NCBI GenBank assembly: GCA_965206645.1
Contig: CBDBKE010000004.1
Span: 1,216,001-1,280,000, forward strand
From: Terriglobia bacterium
Lineage (GTDB): Bacteria; Acidobacteriota; Terriglobia; JAJPHL01; JAPKYU01
Direction: 5' to 3'
Length of the DNA stretch: 64,000 nucleotides
This document shows positions 1 through 9,866 of the stretch, in pieces; the stretch's first letter is position 1; each line of letters starts with the position of its first letter. The notes below the pieces were generated by a model. It made no database searches, was not told the origin of the DNA, and worked only from the letters and a program-made list of their open reading frames with translations. The position numbers were made by a program, and so were the translations under genes.

Positions 1-211
1 CAACTTTTCAATCTTGGACGATTCCGTCACGATCGAATCGAGCGCTGGGTCTGCCTTGACAATTTCACCCATTTCAACCAACGCAGGCGGCTGCCCTTCC
101 GGTTGTGGCTGACAGCTCGTAAAGAACAAGGCCAGGATTGCGGGAGCAATAGCCCTGTGCGCGACATTCTACGCTGACGGCCCTGTCGACTCAAGTACAC
201 ACTCGAAGCCG

Positions 212-1540
212 CTACCAACCCTTCCAGCTTCCATCGGCGTGCCGGTACTGGCGGTAGGGCATGTTTCTGTCATAAGGAAGACTGGCGATGTGGTTTTCCC
301 TGACATCCACCCCCAATCCGGGCCGATCGTTGAGTTCGATGTGTCCATTTTTCTGCAGAAAATCGTGATCTACGTACTCGCTAAAGCGATCCAGCCGCCA
401 GACCTCCTGAATCAAGAAATTCCTGATTACTGCGTCCCCGTGTAGCAGCGCGGCGAAATGGACAGGTCCCCCTGCGTTGTGGGGAGCCATCAGCATCTGC
501 GCCTCATCCGCCAGGCGGGATATGTGGAGGTAATTATTGAGGCCAAAGCTGTGACTCACATCCGGCTGGAGGAAGATACAGGCACGAGCGTCGATAACTT
601 GTTTGAAATCTCGAAAACCAAAAAGTTTCTCACCAGTGGCAATCGGCACTGGGCTTTTTGCCGAGATCTCTTTCAGTGCGTCGACATCGCCCACCCTGCA
701 CGGCTCTTCGAGAAACAGGGGACGGTAAGGTGCCACCATGTGCGCAAATGCGATACTCAGCGCTGGATTCGGGCTGCCGTGGGCGTCCACCATCAGCTCG
801 ACATCCGGACCAACTTCCTTGCGCACCGCCGCCACCACTTTGGCGGAATGCTCTAAGGCGTGGTGGTCCATCGGCCAGGTCCGAGATTCCAGGGGATTTC
901 CTTTCAAGCCCCTGGCGCCCGCCTCGACGGCAGCCCGAGCTTCAGCACGAGCGCGTTCCACCGACTCAAAATTGATGCCTCCGTTGTAAATCTTGATGCG
1001 GTCACGTTTCTTGCCCCCCAGGAGCTGGTACACCGGGGCTTTCCAAGCCTTGCCGGCGATATCATAGAGGGCCATGTTGATGGCCGCCAAGGCACTCCCC
1101 AGGACCGGTCCTCCTTTCCACGGAAGGCGGTCGGCGATGTCATCGCAGATCGCCACCACGTCCAAGGGGTTGCGGCCAACCAGCAATTCCTCCCATCCGT
1201 GCAGGGTAGTTTCAATGACGGGGGAAAGCCACTCCGTACTTCCCTCCCCCCAGCCGTAAAGCTCGGTGTTGGTCTCAATCTTGAGAAACAGCCAGGTCTT
1301 GAAAGAGCTTGAAACCAACCGGCGATTACTAGGGTCCCGGACGGACTGCCCGGTGTTCACGTTGAATTTGTAGGTCTTAATCTTCGTAATTTTCAGCCTC
1401 GTTGCTTTTCTCTGTCTCCCAGGTGCTTTCTGCTCCTGAGCCGCACCAAGGGTTGCTGACGCACCCATCACGGCGCCCACGGTCGCGGCTGCCTCCATCA
1501 GAAAACTTCTCCGATTCGATGGCTGTGAAACTTTGGCCAT
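212..1540 (-). CDS. Mandelate racemase/muconate lactonizing enzyme family protein (galactonate dehydratase-like) with Tat signal
   Basis: GWGE, ALYDIAGK, VDAHG, FLEEP and ATGEK enolase-superfamily motifs; N-terminal NRRSFL twin-arginine motif; RBS AGGAGG upstream. Confidence 0.85.
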   Translation of the reverse strand: MAKVSQPSNRRSFLMEAAATVGAVMGASATLGAAQEQKAPGRQRKATRLKITKIKTYKFNVNTGQSVRDPSNRRLVSSSFKTWLFLKIETNTELYGWGEGSTEWLSPVIETTLHGWEELLVGRNPLDVVAICDDIADRLPWKGGPVLGSALAAINMALYDIAGKAWKAPVYQLLGGKKRDRIKIYNGGINFESVERARAEARAAVEAGARGLKGNPLESRTWPMDHHALEHSAKVVAAVRKEVGPDVELMVDAHGSPNPALSIAFAHMVAPYRPLFLEEPCRVGDVDALKEISAKSPVPIATGEKLFGFRDFKQVIDARACIFLQPDVSHSFGLNNYLHISRLADEAQMLMAPHNAGGPVHFAALLHGDAVIRNFLIQEVWRLDRFSEYVDHDFLQKNGHIELNDRPGLGVDVRENHIASLPYDRNMPYRQYRHADGSWKGW

Positions 1541-1712
1541 CTCGTCACCTCCTTTGTTAATTTGGGTTAATTTGGGATCGTCCCCTCAGTCGATCTCTGG
1601 CAAGGGACACTTGTAGCACAACGTCACATTCTGTGTCTCTTTTGGCTTGTGATGCAGCTCCGCGGCAGTCACTGACTAGGTAGCGCCGAGGCTCTCAAGA
1701 CCCGCTCGCAGC

Positions 1713-3560
1713 TCACCAACCAAAGGCATACCCGGTTTCGTTCCGCGGCGAAGCGGCCGCGCGAAGAGTCCCGTTCTTGCGATCCATTTCGACGGCCAGG
1801 ACACGACCGTTCTGCCAATCCGAACCCACAGTGACTTGATGCCCCCGACGCCTCAACTCCTCAACGACGCCTGGACTGATTCGACCTTCCACGTCCATGA
1901 CTCCCAAGTTCGCCTGGTGCCCAGACCAGGAGCTGTAGAAATGGGCGGTGGCGAAGCCGGCCGCGTCGATCGCTTCCTGCAGATTCATTCCGAAGTCGAC
2001 ATAGTTAAGAAAGAACTGGAGTGTCCACTGGTCCTGGTTGTCACCGCCCAGCGTTCCAAAGGCCAGTAGCGGTTGGCCATCTTTCAGTACCAGCGTGGGA
2101 GTCAGGGTAGTACGGGGGCGCTTTCCCGGCTGCAGGCAGCCGGGGTGCTCCGGGTCGAGCCAGAACATTTGTCCCCGTACACCCAGACAAAAACCCAGGC
2201 CCGGGATGATGGGAGACATATTGATCCACCCTCCGCTCGGCGTAGCTGCCACCATATTGCCCTCGCCGTCGAGCGCGTCCAGGTGGGTGGTGTCATCCAG
2301 AGCCGCCGGAAGGCCTTCGCGAATCTTGAAAACACTGCTCGGTCCCGCCCCTGGTCGAATCTCCATGGAAGCTCGCCTCGGATCAATCAGCTTGCGCCTC
2401 TGGGCGGCATAAGCTTCGGAAAGCAGCCGATCCAAGGGGACGTCCACGAATCTTGGATCCCCATAGTAAGCGTCCCGATCAGCGAAGGCGAGCTTGGCGC
2501 TTTCGATGACGGTGTGGATATAGTCTGCCGAATTGTGGCCCATTCGTTCGAGGTCGTAGCCCTCCAGGATTTTCAGATGCTGCAAGAACACCGGGCCCTG
2601 GGTCCACGGGCCGCACTTGTAGACCTGATAGCCCCGGTAGGTTGCCGTGACAGGCTGCTCGATAAGGGTCGCGTAGCTGGCTAGGTCACCGTACTCCAGC
2701 AACGCATGGTGCTCCTGGCCCGTTGAGTCTTGCACCCGCGTGCTCTTAGCGAAGTCCACGATCTGCCGCGCAATATCTCCCTTGTAGAAGAGCTCCCAGG
2801 CCGCCTGGATCCCCTGCTCGCGCGATCCGCCCAACCCGGAAGCCTGGATAAGTCGCTTGAAGGTATGGGCCCAGTCCGGCATCTGGATCAATTCGCCGAT
2901 CTCGGGCAAATGATCCCGCGGGCGAAAAGCCGGGCCCGTCGTGGGATAAATGTTCAGCGCGCTTTGAATTGCTCCGATCGCTCCTGAATGCGCCGGGTAA
3001 CCCTGTTCGGCCAGCTCGATGGCCGGGCTCAATACCTCCTTCAACGGCAACCGCCCGAAGCGTTCCAACAGCGTCAGCCAGGCACCGGTAGCCGCGGGCA
3101 CAGTGGCCGGCAAAAACCCCACGCCGGGGATCGTGTCCACGCCGTGTTCTTTGAACCAAGCCAAAGTGGCTTTCCCGGGAGCCGGCCCCTGGCCGCTGAC
3201 AGACCAGACCTTCATATCTTTGGCCGAGTAAACCAGGATGGAGACTTCTCCGCCGATGCCGTAGTAGTGCGGCTCCAGCACAGCGCAGGCGAATCCCATG
3301 GCCACGGCCGCGTCGAACGCGTTGCCTCCCTTTTCCAGCATGCGAAAGCCGGCGGCGGTTGCCAGGTAATGCCCGGAAGTCACCACACCTTTGCGCCCCA
3401 GGATGACGGGGCGTGTTGTGAATGAGGGCCATTTCCGCTCAGGCCGCCTGAACTCCGGGGCACCCTGCGCGGAGACCGCTCCCGAACCAGTGCGGCGAAC
3501 CGGCGAAAAGCCGGCGCCACCCAGAGCGAGTTCTCCAAGAAACAATCGCCGCGTGCTCAT
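1713..3560 (-). CDS. Gamma-glutamyltransferase family (Ntn hydrolase) with Tat-like signal
   Basis: GGNAFDAAVA, TVP, DDTTH (nucleophile Thr), PGKRPRTTLTP, GGDNQ; N-terminal TRRLFL. Confidence 0.88.
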   Translation of the reverse strand: MSTRRLFLGELALGGAGFSPVRRTGSGAVSAQGAPEFRRPERKWPSFTTRPVILGRKGVVTSGHYLATAAGFRMLEKGGNAFDAAVAMGFACAVLEPHYYGIGGEVSILVYSAKDMKVWSVSGQGPAPGKATLAWFKEHGVDTIPGVGFLPATVPAATGAWLTLLERFGRLPLKEVLSPAIELAEQGYPAHSGAIGAIQSALNIYPTTGPAFRPRDHLPEIGELIQMPDWAHTFKRLIQASGLGGSREQGIQAAWELFYKGDIARQIVDFAKSTRVQDSTGQEHHALLEYGDLASYATLIEQPVTATYRGYQVYKCGPWTQGPVFLQHLKILEGYDLERMGHNSADYIHTVIESAKLAFADRDAYYGDPRFVDVPLDRLLSEAYAAQRRKLIDPRRASMEIRPGAGPSSVFKIREGLPAALDDTTHLDALDGEGNMVAATPSGGWINMSPIIPGLGFCLGVRGQMFWLDPEHPGCLQPGKRPRTTLTPTLVLKDGQPLLAFGTLGGDNQDQWTLQFFLNYVDFGMNLQEAIDAAGFATAHFYSSWSGHQANLGVMDVEGRISPGVVEELRRRGHQVTVGSDWQNGRVLAVEMDRKNGTLRAAASPRNETGYAFGW

Positions 3561-3658
3561 GGCCTCATCCTATCACTCCCCTGTGCAGCAGTCGTCCTAT
3601 GCGAGGCACTGGCCTCCGGGATAGTCGTGATCGTTGGCGGCGGGGGCGTCTGAGATGG

Positions 3659-4113
3659 TTATTCGGGAGGAGGTTCAAGACCCGATTCTATGGCAGCGGC
3701 TCGAATATCCCGCCACGTCGGTTCTGGGATCGGAATTCCCTGCTCGATGCGCTGCGCTTTAGTGATTCGCTCCGGCTCACCAGGCAGCATCACCTGCTGA
3801 AAACCCGGTGCCGGCCGCGTCTGCCGGACCCGGTGCATGGCTTTCTCCGCGGTGCTGGCATAGGAGTCAAAAGGGCGGAAGGCCGCTGCGTCAATGATCA
3901 AGATCAATGTACCGCTGGGTCCAAACGCGGGTCGAGTTACCTCTTCCGGCGCGAGAAAATCCTCTGAGCCCACCAGCGCGGTCCACCGCTAGGGTCATAG
4001 CTGACCCCTTGTGCCCGGCAAAGGGAAGCGCCAGCATTGTCCACATTGGCCCCTGCCTGGACGAACAATTCCTCGCTGATAGCCCGGAGCTGTTCTGCTT
4101 TCAGGGTAGGCAT
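3659..4113 (-). pseudogene. Ldh_2 (malate/L-lactate dehydrogenase-like) oxidoreductase remnant with large internal deletion
   Basis: N-terminal MPTLKAEQLRAISEELFVQAGA and C-terminal VMLPGEPE..RIEQGIPI fragments in different frames; about 455 nt in total versus about 1 kb for intact members. Confidence 0.7.
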
Positions 4114-4171
4114 TGGAAGAATCCTGCTTTGTCTTTCCACCAAGCGCTAGGACTGCTTTGGAAGAGGGAAT

Positions 4172-5803
4172 TTACCAGAAGCGCGGAACTCTTTCCTCCT
4201 TGCTGGTGATCACTTCGATGAGCGCCGGCCGGCCGGTCGCAAGTTCTCGCTGCGCCCTATGGATCGCCGGAATGATCTCCTGCGGCTGCTCGACCCGCTC
4301 ACTGGCTGCCCCCAATGCCGCAGCCAACTTCACATGATCTACCGCCAGGTTTGTCATGCCATGGCTTTTCGCTGCCGCTCCAAGAAAGTGCTCGACACCA
4401 CACATCCCGGAATTGTTCAGAACGATCGTCAAGATCGGGATTTGATGGCGGGCTGCCGTTTCCACCTCCAGCCCTAACATGCCAAAGGAAGCGTCGCCGA
4501 TGAAATGCACCACCGTTTTCTCCGGGGCGGCGACTTTCGCTCCCAGCGCCAGACCTATGGATTGTCCCATTTGCGTGGAGTTCCCCCAGCCCAGGTAGCC
4601 GCGCGGCACGATCGATTCGTAGAAGGGTATGACCTGGTCGCGGACGTATCCGGAGTCATGGGTCACGATCGTTTGGGTGCGATCCACAGTGTGCATCAGG
4701 TCCCAGATCACCCGATAGGGGTTGATCGGGACTTCGTCGGAGGTCAGCAGGGGCATCCACTGCTGCAACCAGGCTTGCTTGACGGCTGCGATTTCCTTCA
4801 CCGCGGCGGCTCTATCCCGGCCCCTTGCACCTGCCTGCTGGCGCAGCTCCTCGGTGAGTTGACCAAGCACGAGCTTGGCGTCGCCCAGGATCCCCAGGTC
4901 CACCATCATGTCCGCGTTCAGGTCGCGGTCGTCGTTGGTGACCTGGATCACCGTCTTGCCCGGCGCGATGGGCACCACCATCCACTCCCGGCTGAAGCTA
5001 CTGCCAATGCCCAAGACCAAGTCCGCTTCGCGCACAAAGTGCTCGATCGACTTGGTCGCGGTTAGGGCTCCCGCCCCAATGGCCAAAGGATGGTTCTCGG
5101 GGAAGGCGCTCTTTCCCAGCAAAGTGGTCATCACCGGGGTCCCCGCCAATTCTGCAAACTGCAGTAACTCCTGCGTGGCCTCGGCATAAAGCACTCCCTG
5201 CCCCACGTGAATCACAGGACGCTTGGCCTTGAGAAAGGCTTGAACCGCAGCCTCGACCGCCTGCGGATCCCCGGCCGATCGCACTCGCTGAGGACTCTTA
5301 TAGGAGTCTGCTTCCACTTCGCTATTGGCGACATCGATGGGAACTTCTAGCAGAACGGGGCCCGGACGGCCGTTGCGCAGATAGCTGAAGGCGCGCCGCA
5401 TCATGTCAGGCACGCGCTCGGGCAGATTGATCTGCTCGGCCCACTTGGTGATCGGCCGATAACTGGGCACAGCCTGAAAATTCCGGGTCGAACCCAGGCG
5501 GGCTCGCCCAAGATGAGCTGGCAGGAACAGGATCGGGACCGCATCGGCGTACGCCTGAGCTATCCCGGCAAACGAATTTTCTATGCCCGGTCCGTACTGC
5601 ACGGTACAGACGCCAATCCGCCACCCGTTCCAGACCCGGCTGTAACCATCCGCCATGGCGAGGGCTGCCCGTTCGGTGCGCGCCATGATCGGCCTGATCC
5701 CAACGCGTGCGGCCGCATCGATCAAGGGGTTGCTCGGATAGCAGAACAGGCACTCTACGCCTTCTTTTCGCAGAATCGCGGCAATACAATCGATCGCTTT
5801 CAC
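4172..5803 (-). CDS. Thiamine pyrophosphate-requiring enzyme (acetolactate synthase-like family)
   Basis: MADGY, QYGPG, GRPGPVLLEVP, TPP motif GDASF...LNN. Confidence 0.88.
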   Translation of the reverse strand: MKAIDCIAAILRKEGVECLFCYPSNPLIDAAARVGIRPIMARTERAALAMADGYSRVWNGWRIGVCTVQYGPGIENSFAGIAQAYADAVPILFLPAHLGRARLGSTRNFQAVPSYRPITKWAEQINLPERVPDMMRRAFSYLRNGRPGPVLLEVPIDVANSEVEADSYKSPQRVRSAGDPQAVEAAVQAFLKAKRPVIHVGQGVLYAEATQELLQFAELAGTPVMTTLLGKSAFPENHPLAIGAGALTATKSIEHFVREADLVLGIGSSFSREWMVVPIAPGKTVIQVTNDDRDLNADMMVDLGILGDAKLVLGQLTEELRQQAGARGRDRAAAVKEIAAVKQAWLQQWMPLLTSDEVPINPYRVIWDLMHTVDRTQTIVTHDSGYVRDQVIPFYESIVPRGYLGWGNSTQMGQSIGLALGAKVAAPEKTVVHFIGDASFGMLGLEVETAARHQIPILTIVLNNSGMCGVEHFLGAAAKSHGMTNLAVDHVKLAAALGAASERVEQPQEIIPAIHRAQRELATGRPALIEVITSKEERVPRFW

Positions 5804-6053
5804 TTCCGCTTCCCTCCAAGCGAATTCATTGTCTTCCTGGCTTATCGACTCCTGACTTATAGACAGGTTGGCGCTGATCTTACAAACACTCTACGGCCAA
5901 GGCTCATGGTTCACATCAAGACCTGCTTCCCCGGGCGATGGGGAAAGCGGACTTGCCAGTCGCCCATCGCGACTGGCACCGCTCCTCCGTCACTCAATTG
6001 CAGCTTCGGAGTCTACAGATTACAAGGCGTGAGTCGAATGTGCAGTTATTCCC

Positions 6054-6899
6054 TTACCGCCCTGTTGCCCTAAACACATCCAACATGGGCACCGGTCCTC
6101 CGCTGGTGACCACGGAGGGCATCACTCCATTCCATTTCTCCACCGCGACTCTTCGAACCTCGATTTCCCGCAACTGCAGCAACTGCGCTGTTATCTGCTG
6201 TTTTTGGAGCTCCAGCCCCTTGGCTTCAGCCCTGGCCCTGGTGATCTCCTGTTCCGCTTCAAACTTCACGCGCTCCAAGGCGTTCTCTGCCTCCAGGGCT
6301 TGTTGGACCGCTCTCACCTTCGCCTCGATGGAGTCCTGGAAGGCTGGCGAGAATTGAAAGTCAGTGATGGAGAGTTGCACAACGTCGATCCCAAGTGGCA
6401 GTACCCTTTCTGCTATCAAGCTTTGAAGTTCATCTTTCACCTTCGGCCTCTGTGTGATCAACTCCTCGGCGTCGTAGTTGGCCGTGGTGGATTTGACCGC
6501 TTCCTGGATGTACGGCTGGATGATGCGGGTCTCATAATCCTGTCGCAAGTTGGTATAAATTGTCACCACACTGCCGGCACCCAACTGGTAGTTTAAGGTG
6601 ACTTCCGTAGTGACCACTTGCAAGTCCTTGCTGGAAGAGGTGGCAGGAGCGGTGTATTTCTGAATCTGGGTTGACATCAGAATTACCTGCTCCACGAAAG
6701 GAATCTTGTAATAGAGACCTTGATCTTTGATTGCCCCGGTCGGGGCGTTAAAACGCAGTAAGACGCCTCGTTGTCCTGCGCCGACCGTCCCCAGGGCTCC
6801 CCCTAACACAAAGACAACGGCAATTACGATCACCGCACCAATTATCGCTTTCCGTGGCACCTGCGGCAATCCAAGTTCCTCACCAGGGTATTTCGGCAT
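6054..6899 (-). CDS. SPFH/prohibitin (band 7) family membrane protein
   Basis: N-terminal TM, SKDLQ, AEELITQR, FSPAF..IEAK; start chosen at ATG 6899 after AGGAGG. Confidence 0.88.
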   Translation of the reverse strand: MPKYPGEELGLPQVPRKAIIGAVIVIAVVFVLGGALGTVGAGQRGVLLRFNAPTGAIKDQGLYYKIPFVEQVILMSTQIQKYTAPATSSSKDLQVVTTEVTLNYQLGAGSVVTIYTNLRQDYETRIIQPYIQEAVKSTTANYDAEELITQRPKVKDELQSLIAERVLPLGIDVVQLSITDFQFSPAFQDSIEAKVRAVQQALEAENALERVKFEAEQEITRARAEAKGLELQKQQITAQLLQLREIEVRRVAVEKWNGVMPSVVTSGGPVPMLDVFRATGR

Positions 6900-7160
6900 C
6901 GCTACCTCCTTTGGTAGTCCACTGGTTACGTATGCAGAATTTCCGATTTCGGCTTCAGGTTCCACCAGACTGTACGCCAGTCTTCTTGTTGGGTCAAGCT
7001 CAGATGGCGAATGGTGGGCTGGGCGCATCGTGATACCAGCAACGCAACTGGCTGCCGACGCCGACAGGCAATTTGCGCACACACCCCAGGAAAAAGGTTT
7101 TTCACCCCTGGCCTTTGAGCAGTGATGGCGGGTGCTTCGACTTCCGAGCGAGGTTGCACC

Positions 7161-7166
7161 TATAAT
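7161..7166 (+). promoter_or_regulatory. Possible sigma70 -10 element upstream of the PP2C phosphatase gene
   Basis: Exact TATAAT 17 nt before ATG 7183 and GGAGG RBS; no clear -35. Confidence 0.35.
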
Positions 7167-7182
7167 GAGCGCTACGGAGGCG

Positions 7183-9777
7183 ATGCGCAGCTTTTTCTCC
7201 TTGCCGCGACCGCTACTAGTGGGGCTGGCGACGCTCTTTGCTGCCGCCACCATCCTCTACAGCGCCATCTGGATGTACCACATTCGCCGGGAGCCCCTCA
7301 GCCTAGCAGGAGCGCAACTAGGCTTCGATTTTGAGAACCGGCCGTCCATACCTTCTCTTCTGATTACACGCGTTGATCCGGGCAGCGCTGCCGAGCAAGC
7401 GGGATTGCGGCCTGACGATCAGATTTTGTCTGTCAACGGCCACCGGCTTGACACGCTCGTTCCGTTCTTCGCAGCAATGGTTCGGGGCCAGCCGGGCGAT
7501 GTGGTGCAGTTGATCATCGAGCGTCCCGGGGCGGCTGCGCCGTTACCCTTACGGGTCGTATTCGCACCTCTGCCGATACAACGCCAGGAGAGGCCGTTCG
7601 CACAGAAGCTGGCCATTGAGATTATTCACTCCTTTCCCGTCCTGTTCTTGGTCGTGGGCTTGCCGGTGTTGTTCTTGCGGCTCGAGGACCGCAACGCGTG
7701 GTTGCTGGCGCTGGTCTTTGCCGGCTTCATTGCCATGGCACCGCTGCCGCCAATCCATCCGACCCTGCGGGGGTTTGCGCTCGCTTATCACGTCGCGTTT
7801 TCGGGATTGGGCTTGGCGTTCTGCTACTACTTCTTTGCCGTATTCCCTGTTTCGTCGCCGCTGGACCGCCGCGTGCCGTGGTTGAAGTCGGTGCTGCTGG
7901 CGCTAATTGCGGCCTTGGCCCTGCCGTTGGCGTTGTGGGCACTTGTGGCAGGTAGTTTCGAACCCCTTTTGAGAGTGGCTAACCAAGTGGGAAAGATTTT
8001 CCCGCTGTCCGTGATGTTCGTAGCCACCCTGGGGATCTACGGGCTGGGCTTGGTGTCGCTGGTGTTGAACGCGCTCCAGGCGCCAACAGCCGAGGCACGT
8101 CGCAAGACCCGCGTGATCCTCTGGGGCACACTGGCCGGTTTGACGCCGGGTTTACTGTTGCTGGCGGCAGCATTTTCCTTCGGGAAGCACGCCCATACCT
8201 TTCCCTTTTGGGTGTGGGCGCCAACGGCGTTGGCCCTGCTGTTGCTCCCACTATCTTTTGGCTACGCGGTAGTGAAATACCGGGTTCTGGAAATTCCCGT
8301 ACTCCTGAAGAGAAGCGCCCGCTATCTGCTGGTGCAGCGCGGGTTTGTGCTTCTGGAATTGCTGCTGGGCGTGGGGGTGACGCTCGCTTTCGTGGCCTTG
8401 TTCTCCCGCTTTTTCCAGGCGCATTCGCAAACCGCCATTCCCGTCGGGCTGCTGCTCGGCGTTGGATTCGGCCTCCTGCTGGCGTCGGCACGAACGCAGG
8501 TAGAACAGCGGATCACCAAGCGCATTGACCGGGCCTTCTTCCGCAACGCCTACGACACCAGCCGGATACTCGAGGACCTGGCCGTGAAAACGCGGCAGGC
8601 CAGCAGCCGTCAAGAGCTGGCGGCACTGCTGGAACGCCAACTCAACCAGGCGCTTCACCCGACCTCCCTGGTTGTGTACATGCTGACCAGCCGAGAACAC
8701 CTGGGCGCTGCCTCTGGCACTGTCCCCGAGGAACTCCGCTCCATTTCGGCCGCCCTGCCGCCTCTGCCCGAAGTCGCCCGCCGCGGCCAACCTTGGGACG
8801 TGCCTCCGCCGGAATCAGAGAAGACTGCCGACTTGGGAGCGCTGGCCTCACTTCAGCCCGACTGCCTGGTGCCCATGGTAGGCCGCGATGGCCGGCTCCT
8901 GGGCCTCCTGGTGCTAGGAAAGCGACTTTCCGAGGAACCCTACGCGGGGGAGGACAGGCGATTGCTGGCCTCGGCAGCCGGCCACGCTGGCTCCGCCCTG
9001 GAGAGCATTCTCTTTGCCGAGGAGATAGCCCAGCGAATGGAGGCCGAGCGGCGCAGGGGCTACGAGATGGAAATTGCCACCCGAGTCCAGGCCGGCCTGT
9101 TCCCGCAGCATGTGCCCGCGCTGAAGACGCTGGATTATGACGGGCGCTGCATTCAGGCGCGGGCGGTAGGCGGCGATTACTACGACTTCGTCGAGCTGGG
9201 GTCAGGCCGGGTGGGGCTGGTGCTGGCAGATATTGTCGGAAAGGGCATGGGCGCCGCCTTGCTGATGGCCAACCTGCAGGCCAACCTGCGCAACCAGTAC
9301 GCGGTGGCGATGGACGACCTGCCTCGGATGCTGCGATCCGTGAACCGGCTGTTCCACACCTCGTCTCCGGAGAGCAGCTTCGCTACTTTGTTCTTTGGAA
9401 TTTACGAAGATGCCACGCGCCGGTTGTGTTACGCCAACTGCGGTCACAACCCGCCGCTGCTGCTGCGCGCCGACGGCCGGGTGGAGTGGCTGGCGGCCAC
9501 CAGCACTGTGTTGGGACTCTTCCTCAAGTGGGAGCCCACGACCATTGAAGTGGAATTGGCTCCAAACGACATCCTGGTGGGTTTTTCCGACGGGCTGCCG
9601 GACGCCGAAACCGACGCCGGCGAGTCATTCGGGGAGGAGCGCCTGCTAGAGATCGTACAACGCCAGCGCCACCTGTCGGCTTCGGCACTGCTGGAGACCA
9701 TCGCCACCACCGTCGAGCAGTTCACTGGCCGCGAGCGGGAGGACGACCTGACGCTGCTGGTCGCCCGCGTCCGTTAA
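7183..9777 (+). CDS. Membrane PDZ-GAF-SpoIIE (PP2C) serine phosphatase
   Basis: PDZ (GSAAEQAGLRPDDQI), multiple TMs, GAF-like segment, VGGDYYD / ADIVGKG / NCGHNPP / SDGL / EDDLT PP2C motifs. Confidence 0.88.
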   Translation: MRSFFSLPRPLLVGLATLFAAATILYSAIWMYHIRREPLSLAGAQLGFDFENRPSIPSLLITRVDPGSAAEQAGLRPDDQILSVNGHRLDTLVPFFAAMVRGQPGDVVQLIIERPGAAAPLPLRVVFAPLPIQRQERPFAQKLAIEIIHSFPVLFLVVGLPVLFLRLEDRNAWLLALVFAGFIAMAPLPPIHPTLRGFALAYHVAFSGLGLAFCYYFFAVFPVSSPLDRRVPWLKSVLLALIAALALPLALWALVAGSFEPLLRVANQVGKIFPLSVMFVATLGIYGLGLVSLVLNALQAPTAEARRKTRVILWGTLAGLTPGLLLLAAAFSFGKHAHTFPFWVWAPTALALLLLPLSFGYAVVKYRVLEIPVLLKRSARYLLVQRGFVLLELLLGVGVTLAFVALFSRFFQAHSQTAIPVGLLLGVGFGLLLASARTQVEQRITKRIDRAFFRNAYDTSRILEDLAVKTRQASSRQELAALLERQLNQALHPTSLVVYMLTSREHLGAASGTVPEELRSISAALPPLPEVARRGQPWDVPPPESEKTADLGALASLQPDCLVPMVGRDGRLLGLLVLGKRLSEEPYAGEDRRLLASAAGHAGSALESILFAEEIAQRMEAERRRGYEMEIATRVQAGLFPQHVPALKTLDYDGRCIQARAVGGDYYDFVELGSGRVGLVLADIVGKGMGAALLMANLQANLRNQYAVAMDDLPRMLRSVNRLFHTSSPESSFATLFFGIYEDATRRLCYANCGHNPPLLLRADGRVEWLAATSTVLGLFLKWEPTTIEVELAPNDILVGFSDGLPDAETDAGESFGEERLLEIVQRQRHLSASALLETIATTVEQFTGREREDDLTLLVARVR

Positions 9778-9782
9778 GAGTA

Positions 9783-9837
9783 GTAGCGGCAGGCTTCAGC
9801 CTGCCAAGACCCATGGCGGCCTAAAGGCCGCCGCTAC
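9783..9837. repeat. GTAG-type REP doublet (BIME-like) between convergent genes
   Basis: GTAGC-GGCAGGCT-TC-AGCCTGCC, spacer, GGCGGCCT-AA-AGGCCGCC-GCTAC: two hairpins inside outer GTAGCGGC/GCCGCTAC inverted ends. Confidence 0.75.
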
Positions 9838-9866
9838 GACAGCTCCTGCGGAACCGAAGTGGCTTC

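Noticed and set aside
6900-7253. N-terminal extension of the SPFH ORF overlapping the phosphatase gene
   Set aside because: Good RBS-ATG starts at 6899 and 7183 remove the overlap
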